Assembly: GCA_004431415.1 (NCBI GenBank)
Contig: QPMI01000183.1
Coordinates: 62,001-126,000, forward strand
Source of the DNA: Cyanophora paradoxa CCMP329
Lineage: Eukaryota > Plantae > Glaucophyta
Direction of reading: 5' to 3'
DNA: 64,000 nucleotides
Part shown: positions 22,983 through 34,154 of the stretch, one piece after another
Numbering within the stretch: position 1 is the first letter of the stretch
Layout of the letters: each line of letters starts with the position of its first letter
Program-made: the position numbers and the translations under genes
Notes under the pieces: model-generated
What the model was told of the DNA's origin: nothing
The model's input: the letters and a program-made list of their open reading frames with translations, nothing else
The model's database searches: none

Positions 22983-25900
22983 ATGTGGGCGGGATTCGTG
23001 CTCCTCGGCTTGCCGAGCAGCCGGCCAGCATCGGGAGTACAGTCTCATGCAGTATCAAAGCTGCGATCCGCCTTCCGCGGCGACCGGTTGCGGCCTGCGG
23101 GGCGTAATGATCTGCGCGGGCTCCTCTCCGAAAGGCACCTGGGGGCTCGGTGAGTGCTTCTCCCTTCCCCGTATCGCATATCGCGGCTCCTGCGCACCTT
23201 GCCCCGCGTGAGCGCGAAGCGATCCGGTCGCGGGCCCGCTGCTGGCTTAACGCCCGGGGGTGCAGGCGCGTTCACGTATTCGAGTTCTCGGAGTATACAT
23301 GGTTCTGTGTAGTCGAAGAGACTTCCGCAGAGCGCAACTTCGCGGACGGTGCGTAGCACGAGCCGCCCTGTTTTTGGTCCGGGCTGAGCCCGGGCGTGGC
23401 TAACCGCGTTCTGGGCGTTCATGCAGGCTGGAGGGATGCGGCGATCCGGCTCCGGGAGTACCAGATCGAGGCGGTGAACCGTGTCACACAGCACCTCGAG
23501 CGGGGTAAGCGGCGGCAGCTGATCGCGTTGCCGACGGGCACGGGCAAGACAGTTATCTTCGCTGCGCTTGCAAGAAGGTCCGCTCTTCGTGCCACCGCCG
23601 TGCGCCGATGCTGAGCGCGGTGGCGGCAGCTTCGGAGTGAAGACGCTCGTCATAGCGCACCGGAAGGAGCTGATCGACCAGGCGGTGGAGCGGTTCCGGC
23701 TAGTCTGGCCGGGCGCTGAGGTGGGGGTGTGCATGGCGGACCGCGACGAGATCGACAAGCAGGTACGCCCGCTCCGTCCCCGGCGCCGCGGCGGGGGTGG
23801 CGGCCGGCCTGACCCTGCGCCGCAGATCGTGGTGGCGAGCATACAGACGGCTATGCGGGACGACCGGATAGCGGCTCTGCGGGAGCAGAACTTCGAGCTC
23901 TGCATCGTCGACGAGGCGCACCACGCCGTCGCCAACAGGTGCGCCCCGCGGCCCCCGCGCGGCCGCCGCCGCGGGCGGGGCCGACGGGGCGGGCGGGCGG
24001 CCAGCTACGTGCGGCTGCTGCGGGGCCTGGGCTTCGTGGACGAGTCGGCGCGGGTGGACGGGGAGGAGGAGGAGGACGAGGAGTGGGCGGGCCCGACGCC
24101 CTCGCCGCCGACCTCGGGCGCGCCCTCGCCGGCCGCCCCCGCGAGGAGGCGCCCGGCTCCGACGGCGGCCTCGGCGGCCGCCTGCTCGTCGGCGTCACCG
24201 CCACGGGTGCGCCCGCGCGGGGCGCGCCGGCGGGAGGGTTCACGGCTGAGGCTCGGGGCAGCGTTCCGGCACGACGACAAGCGGCTGCTCTCGCTCTTCG
24301 ACGACGTCGTCTTCCAGCGCAGCATCGTCGACATGATCCGCGTACGCCGCGCGCGGGCGGGGGCGGCGGGGGCGGGGCGGGGCCTCACGGGTGTGGGGCA
24401 GAGCGAGTACCTGGTGGACCTGCGGAGCTGGCGGGCGCAGACGGGCTCGGACCTCTCGCTCGTGGCCCTCGACTTCGGCTCCGGCGACTTCAACGAGCGC
24501 TCCCTCGCCACCGCCGTCAACAACGCCGCCCGGCCCGCCCCCCCCAGCCCGGGGCCCCCCCGAGCCCCGCCCCGCTCACCCCGTCCCCCCCCTTACAGAA
24601 ACGCGCTCATCGTCGACACGTACACCAAGCACGCCGCCGGCAAGCAGGTCAGCTCGGGCGGGGGCGCCGGGGGGCGGGGGCCGCCCCGCGCAGGCAGGCT
24701 CTGAGCGCGGGCAGGCGGTGGCGTTCTGCGCGTCGATCGAGCACGCGCGCTCCCTCGCGGAGGCCTTCCAGGCCGCCGTGCGCCCGGGGCCCTCTCCCGC
24801 CCCCCCCGCCCGCCGGGCCACGACGACCCACCCGCGCCTGCCGCAGGGGATCGCGGCGGACGCGATCTACGGGTCCATGCGCGCCAAGGAGCGCGACGAG
24901 GCCATCCGCCGCTTCCGCTCCAACGAGATCCAGGCGCGCCCCCGGAGGCGGTGGGCGGGGGGCGGGGCGGCCAGCCCCTGATCGGCGGCGGGGCGCAGGT
25001 GCTCACGAACTACCAGATCCTGACCGAAGGCTTCGACCACCCCGCCATCGAGGCGATCATCATGGCCCGCCCGACGCGCTCCGTCGGCCTCTACACCCAG
25101 ATGGTCGGCCGCGGCACCCGCAAGTACCCCAACAAGCAGGTCCGCGGGGCCCCCGCCCGGCCCGGGCCTGCGGCGCGGGGAGGCGGGGGCCGAGGGCGGG
25201 GCGGGCAGGAGTGCGTTGTGCTGGAGTTCTTCGACCACGGGTTCGAGGAGGGGGTGTGCCACCTGGGGAAGCTCATCGGGGACATCTTCATGAAGGACGG
25301 CGAGTCCCTGCTCGAGGCGATGGCCCGCGGCGGCGACGACACCGCCCTCCTCCACAAGCGCCTCCTCTCCAACTCGCAGGTCCCCGCCCCGCCCCTCCTC
25401 CCCCCGCCGGCTCCACCAGCCCCCCCGCCCCCCGCAGCTCCACTGGCACCAGCGCCACGGCTCCTACCGCATCTACCTCGCCGAGCTCGGCACCCTCTGC
25501 ATCGAGCCCTGGGACCCCCCGGCCCTCGCCGCAGCGGACGACGAGGACGAGGGCGAGGATGAGGAGGAGGAGGAGGAGGAGGAGGAGGAGGAGGCGGCGG
25601 TGGAGGTGGCGGCGGCGATCGGGAAGCGGCGGGAGGCGGGGCGGGTGCGGCGGGTGGAGGGCGCCGAGGCGGACGGCCCGGAGAAGGAGCTCGTCGAGTG
25701 GGAGCGCGAGGACGTGCGCCTCGCACCGCCCGCCCGCCCCGCCCCGCCCCGCCCCGCCCCGCTCTGCTCGGCCCAACAGGGCGCAGGCGCTGGCGGCGTT
25801 CGAGCGGAGCGTGATGGGCCCGGCGGAGGGCCAGAACTTCTTCGTGGTGCTGCGCAAGCCCTCGGGCCGGTGCTGGAAGGTGCTGCAGGGCTACCCTGTG

Positions 25901-28754
25901 CCGCTGGAGTACGCGGAGAGCATCGCGGAGGACTTCCTGCGGCACCCCTCCATCGAGCGCAAGCTCTCCTACGCCATCGACAAGGGCGCCCGCTGGCGCA
26001 ACCAGCGCCCGACGCCCTCGCAGCTCTCCCGCCTCGCCTCGCTCGGCTACATCCCGCCGCGGGGCGTCTCGCGGGGGCGGGTGTCGGACCTCATCGCGCA
26101 CGCGACGTTCGAGTCGAACATGCACCGGATCCGCCACATGGAGCCGGCCCCCGAGCAGATCGCGGCGCTGCTGGAGCACGGCCTGCGCCGGCCCTCGTCG
26201 CGCTCCAAGGCCGAGGCGCTCCTCTCCAAGATCGAGGAGCTGCAGGGCGAGGGCAAGCTCGAGGCGGCCCTCGCGCGCCTCCAGGAGAAGGGCTCCCCCC
26301 GCGAGGAGGAGGATGACGAGTACTACGAGGCCGCCGGCCCCGACGAGGTGCGCGCGTTTGTCTGCCCGCCCCCCGGCCTCGCCCCGCGCCCCGCCCGACC
26401 CCGCGGGGCCGGCAGGACGGGGCGGAGGGCGCGGCGCGTGCGCCGGCGGAGCTGGAGCCGATCGTGGGGGAGCAGGCGGAGGCGGCGTACCTCCGCAAGC
26501 TCGGGGTGCGGGTGCCGGCGGCCGCCGAGCGGCGGGCGGCGCTCGTCGCCAAGCTCCGCCTCCTCGAGCGCCGCGGCGCCCTCGACGCCGCCCTCGAGCG
26601 CCTCCGCGGCGGCAAGCCGGCGGCGACTCCGGCGGCGGAGGCGGCGGAGGAGGGGCCGGCGCCCGTCGAGGCGGGCCCGTCGGAGGAGGCGGAGGCGGAG
26701 GAGGAGGAGGAGAGGGTGCGGCGGCCGCCGGCGCGGGCGAGCGTGCGGCGGCGGCAGGCGTCGCTGCCGGCGACGCACGAGCTGCACGTGCGGGAGCCGG
26801 AGCCGGAGGCGGAGCCGGCGAAGGCGCCGGCGAAGCGGGTGCGGGCGTCGATGCGGGAGGCATTCTCGAACGCGGGGGGCGGGGGCTCGCTGACGTACAT
26901 GGCGCCCGAGCTGGACGAGGCGCTCGGCTCGGCCAAGGTCCCCTCCGCCACGCAGGAGGCCGCCCTCTACCTCCGCAGCCTCGGCCTCGAGCCGCCCTCC
27001 GCCCCCCACAAGGCCGTCGCCCTCGCCGCGAAGCTGCGCCGCATGGAGGAGGCCGGCAAGCTCAAGCTCGCCCTCGCCCGCCTCCGCGAGACCGGCGCCG
27101 CCTCCGGCTCCGCCCTCGACCCCCTCGAGAAGCCGACGCACAACCGCCGCGGCGAGCCCCAGCGCCGCGTCCGCTTCCCCGAGCGGCCCCGCGCCGACTT
27201 CGAGGCCCCGCGCCCCGGCGCCAGGCCGCCCCCGGCGATCGCCGCCCCGCCCCCGCCGCCGCCCCCGCAAGAGCAGGAGCAGCGGCAGGAAGAGACCGGA
27301 GGGGAGGAGCCGGAGGACGACGTCGCGTACCTCCGCAAGCTCGGGGTGCGGGTGCCGGCGGCCGCCGAGCGGCGCGCGGCGCTCGTCGCCAAGCTCCGCC
27401 TCCTCGAGCGCCGCGGCGCCCTCGACGCCGCCCTCGAGCGCCTCCGCGGCGGCAAGTCCACTACGCCGTCGCCCCCGCCGACGCCCTCGCCGGGCCCCTC
27501 GCCCCCGCCGCCCGTCCCGTCGAGCTCGGCACAACCGCCGGCCCCTGGGGAGGAGGGGCCTGCGAGGGCGGAGCGGGGGCGGAGGCCGGGGGTGGAGCTG
27601 CAGCTGACCACGCTGGACAACGCCCCGGAGGAGGACGAGGAGGAGGACGCGGAGGCGAGCATGGAGGTCGTCATCGGCGCGGGGGCCCCCGCCGCCGCCT
27701 CCGCCGCTGTCGCCGCCGTCCGCGCCAGCGCCGCCGCCCGCGTCGCCGCCTCCACCCTCGACAACTCCGCCCCGCCCACCGTCCGCCCCCGCCCCGCCCC
27801 GCCCGCCCCGGCCCTGCGCCCAGCTCTTTGACGCCGCTGACGCGCGGCGCGCAGCCGGCGCCGGCGTTCGCGCCGGCGACGGCGCCGGAGGCGGCGGGGG
27901 CGTCGGGGAGGCGGGCCGGGGGCGGCCGGCGTCGTTCGGGCGGCGGGGCGGGCAGACGGAGGAGGAGGTGCCGGCGGCGGCCAAGGACGCCGTGCGCGCT
28001 GGGCGGGCCGGGGGGCATAGAGGGCGGGGGGCTGAGGGGGCTGTGCAGGAGGGCGGCCTCTCGTACCTGATGCGGCTGGGCGTGCCGGTCCCCTCGACCT
28101 TCCACCAGACCGAGGCGCTCGCCGCGCACCTGCGCGCCCTCGAGGCCTCCGACCCCGCCAAGTTCCGCTCCACGGTGCCCCCGCGCCCCGCCCCCCGCGC
28201 CCCGCGCTGCCCCGGCCCCGCCCCCGCCTCAGACGCCCCCGCAGGTGACCAAGCTGCTGCCGCCGGAGGACCCGCCCGAGGAGCCCCTCGCCGACGGCCG
28301 CGCCTCCCGCCTGCCCCCCGTCCGCCCCTTCGCCCGCACCCCGCCCCCGCCGCCCCCGCCGCCCCGCTCCATCCCCACCCCCGCAACCTCTCGCCGGCGC
28401 CGCGGCCGGCCCCCGCGCTGCGGCCGCGGCCGGCGCCGCCCTTGGTGCCGCCGGTGCCGCGCAACGGGAAGGCGGTGGAGGGGGAGGCGGCGATCGTGCC
28501 GGACCCCGGGGAGGAGACAAGCGGCCCCTCCGCCGACCGCGAGTACCTTCGCAGTCTCGGCCTCCGCCTCCCCGCCTCCACGCCCCCCGAGAAGGCACGC
28601 GCCCGCCCCATGCCCCGGCCCCAGCCCCTTGCATTCGAACCCTCTTCCCCCGCAGATGGCGTCGCTGGCGGCGAAGCTGCGCTCCTTCGACCGCGTGGGC
28701 AAGCTCGAGATCGTCCTCGCCGAGATCCGCAAGCGCTCGTGGGAGCCCTCCTAG
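22983..28754 (+). CDS. Irc3/RadD-like SF2 (ResIII) helicase with N-terminal targeting-peptide-like extension and repeated C-terminal module
   Basis: LREYQ, LPTGTGKT, AHRKELIDQA, VDEAHH, VTAT, VAFCASIEHA, TNYQILTEGFDHPAI, ARPTRSVGLYTQMVGRGTR, WRNQRPTPSQL. ATG 22983 splices in frame through two introns; start is inferred. Confidence 0.85.
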
Positions 28755-28869
28755 CTTGCTAGCTGGCGCCCCGAGGCCCCCGCGCCGCCCCTCTCCCCCA
28801 CCTTCTTACGATCTTCTATTTAAACTACGGGAAAGTTGAGGGTGGCGGGGGCGCGGGGGAAGCCTGCGG

Positions 28870-29600
28870 CTAGTCGCGGCCGCGGACGGTGAGGACGGTC
28901 CCCGCGGAGCGGTAGTGGGAGAAGACGTTGAGGAGGAAGCGGATGTCGAGCACCAGGAACACCAGGTAGTGGGCGCCGGTCGCGAGGAAGAAGAGAAGCG
29001 CGTGGGCGCGCGAGGCCCGCATCGCCGGGTGGCCCTTGTGCCTCACGGAGCGCAGGGTGTGGCGCGCGAGCTGCGCGATGCGCTGACCGAGGTACGTGCT
29101 GTACGCGACGTGCGCGAGGATCGCCAGCGGCCGCCAGCCGTTCCCCAAGAGCATCCGCCTAAGCGTCCCCAGCACGCCTGGCCGCTTCAGCTCCACGATG
29201 TACGGCTCTGCGCCCGGCCAGCCTCGATGCGCGCGGAGCGGGGCGCCGCGCACGCGCCGCGCACCCCGGCAGATCTCGCACGCGTATCGCCGTCTTTGCC
29301 GCAGCCACTGTTGCAGACAGGAATTATGCACGTACTTGATGCTCCCGCTGCAGCTGCGGGCGGGGCGGTGTCACGAGCGGCGGGGAGGCAGCGGAGGAGC
29401 AGCGCACATGCACGGCGCTATGCAGGTGTCCTCCTCTTCCTGCGGCTCGGCGAGCCAGCTCGACTTCCTCGATCTGAGAAACCCGTCCTCGAAACAGATG
29501 CGGCACTGCGCGGGGCGTGAATTTAGCGATAGCAGTCGCTTCCGCGAGCCCGGGTACGCACCCGCACGCGGAGCTCGCCGCTCCCGCTGTTCTCTGCCAT
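28870..29600 (-). CDS. RINGv (MARCH-type C4HC3) membrane E3 ubiquitin ligase
   Basis: CRIC..IAPCMCSGSIKYVHNSCLQQW..CEIC followed by two hydrophobic segments. Confidence 0.88.
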
Positions 29601-29715
29601 GCAGTGGCATGCACCCGGGCAGGGGTACCACGCTCTTGCCTTGGCAAGTGGGGGCGAACGCAGAGTTGAAAGAGGCGAGCGCAGCTAGCTGCGCCCACCA
29701 CTAGGCGGCGAGAGG

Positions 29716-31612
29716 ATGTACGGCGGCGACCGTTACGCTGCTTCTAGCTACGGCCAGCAGCCGGGATACGGGCAGAGCTACGGCCAACCAGGTCCCGGCT
29801 ACGCGAGCGGCGCGGATGGATACGGCGGTCCTTCGCGCGCGTCGCAGCTGTCGTCGTCGATGCGGCCCGCACCAGGCCCTAACGACGGTCCCCTTTACGT
29901 CCCGAGAGCTAGCTTTCCGTCAGTTAAGCCGGAGGCCCTGAAGTCCCTCTGGAACATCACGTCCTGGTGCGCTGGCCTGCAACGCCCTAGCCCGCGCGTC
30001 TCACCGGCCGTTTGAACCGATGCAGGGCGCGGCTGGTACGCTCGCTTCTGTCACGCTCTAAGCGCACAGTTCCTCGTACAGTTCCTCTGACCGCCAACCC
30101 TCCTGCGTACAGTTCCTCATTGGGCTCAATGCTGCAAGTAAGCCTTGCTTCATCTGCAACCGCTTGCAGCGCTAGCAGCGCCCAACGCAACGCGCGCAGG
30201 CATTGTTGTCGGAATCATATTGATCGCGCTCGGGGCGTACGCGATGAACTCTGGCGGCTCCGCCATCATCATCGAGATCGTGGGGAAGGCGGCTTTCAGC
30301 GCCTCCATCGCGGTAGCCGGCCCGGCCTGCCCTGTCTTTGATCTGATATCTGAATTAACTGAATTATCTGAATTATCTGAGTCACCCTCATCTACCGGCG
30401 GCAATGCAGGACTCATTACTCACCGGACGCCTCGGCAGGCGGGGACCATCCTGCTGCTGCTGAGCCTCATCGGCTTCTTCAGCGCAAAGAACACGAGCCG
30501 GCTGGGTGAGCGGAGCCGCCCGCCCACTCGAGGCGCCGCCGACGGGGCGCCGGCCGGCCGGCAGGACTGCTCGCCTACGGGCTGCTCCTGATCACGGTGA
30601 TCCCCCTCCTATTCACCATTTCCTCCATCGCGTTCGGCTTGAGAGCAACGACGGACGAGGTCGATGTATGGCACACGCACGCCTCCGCACCCGCGGGCGG
30701 GCCGGGGAAACGGCACCGACGGCGGCGCGCGCAGGGCTTCGCCCCCCTTCTGGACCCCTTTCTGAAGCAGCTCGTGAAAGGCAGCCCGGAGCGCGCCTGC
30801 ACCGCGTGCGTCCCGCCGCCCCGCGCCGCGCCTCGCCCAGCGCCCCCAGCGACGCGCCGGCGCAGGTACCGGGCGCTCGGCTGCAGCGGGGGCACCCTCT
30901 CCTGCGCCCAGGCCCGCCCCGCCCCGCCCCAGGCCCTCCGAGCCAGGGGCCCCGCGCGCTGATCCCGGGGCCGCCAGATGGGCTTTGAGGCGGACTTCTG
31001 CCCGCCGGGGTGCCCCTCGGCCCAGGACGTTTTCGCGGAGCGCCCCTGCTACGGCACCGTGCGCCCCGCCCCGCCCCGGGGCGGAGGATGCGCGGGATGG
31101 CTCTGAGAGGGGAGCGGGGGCGGGGCGGCAGATCGTGCCGCCGCTCATGAAGGCGTGCCTCTGGACGGGCATCCTCACGGGCCTCTACGGCATCGTGCGC
31201 GCCCGCCGCGCCCCACCCCGCCGCCTCTTTTCACACTCCGCCGCCAGCTCCTCTGCCTCGCTCTCGGCCTCGCCGTCTGCACGTGCGCCCGCGCCCCTCG
31301 GGACCGCCAGCTCCGCCCCTGCCGCCAACGCAGCGCCGGTCGGGGCGCAGGTGCTGCCACAACGCGCAGGACGATGGCGAGTCGGGCCCCGCGGCCACCC
31401 TCTCCGCCGGAATCTTCGGTCTCCTCGGGTTCGACAAGGCCGCCGCCGCCGCCAGCACGCGCCCGCCGGCCGCGCCCTACGCGCCCTCGCTCCCCGGCGG
31501 CCCCAGCGCTCCCAGCGCCCCCATGTCCTCCTTCGGCGGCGCGCAAGCCCCACCCCTGCAGCAGCCTGGCTACTACGCCGGACAGCAGAGCCGCGGCTAC
31601 CAGCGTATGTAG
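29716..31612 (+). CDS. Tetraspanin-like four-TM protein with G/Y/Q-rich termini
   Basis: TM1 LFLIGLNAASIVVGIILIALG, TM2 GTILLLLSLIGFFSA, TM3, Cys-rich large loop, TM4; canonical CCG not seen (LGCSG instead). Confidence 0.65.
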
Positions 31613-31735
31613 AGTCCTCGAGCCCCTGTGTCGTCACCTCGACATGTGTGCATGCAGCGCGTGCTGCAGAGAACGAAAGCAATCGGGCTGTATACGTATT
31701 GTACTAATGCATGCATTCGTGGACGTCCGGCGGGG

Positions 31736-33648
31736 TCAGCGGCGGGTGGTGCCGCCGTGGGCGGAGCGGGCGCCGATGGCGGTCTGGCCGGCCTTGCGGA
31801 GGGCGCGGGAGAAGGCGTAGAGGGCCCGCACGGAGCGGGAGCGGGCGGAGGGGTCCCCCGGCCCCGCCCGCGGCCGCCGCTCCGCCTCCTCCATCGCGTT
31901 CAGCCGCTCGAGCTGCCCCCGCCGGCGTGGGACGAGGCCGGCGGGGCGGGCGGGGGCCGGCGCACCTCGGCGCGGAGGGCCTGCTCCTGGAGCTCCGGCA
32001 CGACGTCGCCCCGCGGGATGTCGTACCCGTACGTCGCCAGCACGTTCGTGTAGAGCACCAGCCTGCCCGCCCCGGCACGCCGCGTCGGAGGGGCCCGTGG
32101 GGTTGCCGGGGGCCGGCGGGCGGCGCGCACGAGAGGACCAAGCAGACGCAGCCCAGGCACGCGATCCAGAAGCTCGCGCCCAGCTCGTAGTGCTGCCCGT
32201 GAGATCAGGGCTTGGGGTGGGGGAGGGGCCGGGGTGCAGGGCCCACGGCGTAGAAATGAAGGAACTTGAGTGAGTATAACTGATCCGTCCCGTCATGGTT
32301 CCCCGTCTGCGCCCCGCTGAGGCGCCGGCCGGCGCTGGCGCGGCGGGGGGCGGGCGGGGCGCGCCTTCCAGTAGAAGACGCCGGCGAGCGCCAGCGCGTT
32401 GGCGAGGCAGGCGGAGAGGACGAAGTGGGCCCACTGCGCGCCCCCCGGTTTCACGGGCCCGGGAGGGCGGGGCGGGGCGGGGCGGGGCGGGGCGGGGCGG
32501 GGGGTGCGCGCGCCTGGAAGACGGGCGTGCCGACGGTCTTGACGAGGCGGACGGAGTAGTACGCCGCGAAGAAGAGCGCCCAGTCTGCGCCGCCCTCGCC
32601 GCCGGGCGCAGGCGGGGCGCGGGCGGGGGCCCCCCGCGCACCGATCAGGCCCTGCGCGAGAGGTTAGAGCAGCAGGGGCGACACGGCGGCGGGGCGCGCA
32701 CGAATCCGAAGCAGAGGCCGATGGCGATCTGGGGGTAGGCGGGGTAAGAGGGCGCGGGGCGGGGCGGCGGGGACGGGGCGGGGCGGCGCCTGGAGGAGGG
32801 TGAAGCAGACGGTGCCGCCCGTGGCGAAGCGCCTGCAGTCCGGGTCCACCGCCTGCGCGCGTCCCCGCGGGGGGCATCGGGGGCGCGCGGCCACGGGAGG
32901 GGCGGGGCGGGGCGGGGCGGGCCTCGCAGTCGCGGTAGGAGACGTCAGCGGTGGTCTTCGTGCCCCGCCAGTAGTCGCTCCAGGCGAGCACCACGACCCA
33001 CGCCCGCTGCACCGCCGCCTCCTCCACCAGCAGCGGCCGGTACGACCGCAGCAGCGCCGACGGCCCTGCGCGGCTCCTGTCAGGCCGACGCCCACGCGGC
33101 GCAGTGCCCGGGCTTGCCGCTGTAGTCGGGCACGAAGGCGGGGGCCGCCGCCGCTGCGGTCCCGTTGGCGGTGGCGTTCCCGCCGGCCGCGGTCGCCGGG
33201 GCGGCCGCCGGGAGGCGGGAGACGATCTGGGGGTCGAAGGCAAGGCGCGTGGCGCGCTTGAAGAGGGGGTCGTCCTGCGCACGGGTCGCCGGTCCGCGGC
33301 GGGGGGCTGGGCGGCAAAGGCGTGCCTGGTCCATCGTGAAGGTGAAGGTGACCTGCCGCAGTCCGTACTCGAACAGCATCGACCCGGGAATGGTCCGTTG
33401 GCTCCCGTCCGAGGGGTCGTTCAGCAGCTGGATCTTCCCGAGCGCTGGCCCCCCGCCAGCGTCAGCCAGGCGGCCCCCAGGCGAGGCGCTGGGAGCGCAC
33501 TCCACATGTTCGTCAATATTGCCGCGAGGAGGAAAGCGCCTTATTTTGGTGAGAGGCGGGGTGAGCACGCGGCTGGATGCAACAGTGGCCACGCGGCGAG
33601 CAAAACGCGAGCAACGCACCTCCCGCGAACTGCAGCGTCCCAATCCAT
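31736..33648 (-). CDS. Uncharacterised multi-pass membrane protein with claudin-superfamily-like C-terminal half
   Basis: Clean exon chain with hydrophobic segments VCFTLLQIAIGLCFG, WAHFVLSACLANALALAGVFYW, YELGASFWIACLGCVCLVLS; start uncertain. Confidence 0.55.
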
Positions 33649-34154
33649 GCCATTTTCGGAGGCGTCCTGTACAGCTGCTCCTTCCTCTGCACACTCAGTC
33701 AGCAGGCGCGCGGCCAGCTTAGCTACGGGGCACGGAGCGCACCAGCGGATCAAAGAAGTGCGCCCTCACCATCTCCCAGCGCTATAGCTTTATTAAAGTT
33801 CAAGCCAGCTCTCCTCCAGGCACTAGCCGCTCCGCCCGCGCGCTTCCCGCACTTCGCCACTCCGACCGCGCGCTTCTCTTTTCGTTTTAACTAGTCTGAT
33901 AAGCTTGTCTAGCCGCTGAGCAGGTTTCAAGCTAGGCCGCTTCCGCGTTGGTCAACCGCAGTGTACCCCCTTGTCAACTGCTTGTCTGCCCCCTAGGCCT
34001 TACACCAGCGTCTTGGCGCGGCGTACGCGCTGCAACAAAAGAAATCTAGATTGTTCGACCTCTGTGCGGCGCCAGTGCTTGGATTGCGAGCGGCAACTTT
34101 GGCCATCCGGCCGCTCCCCGCATCTGCTGCGGCTCTGCCGCCTTCAAGCCTGAG

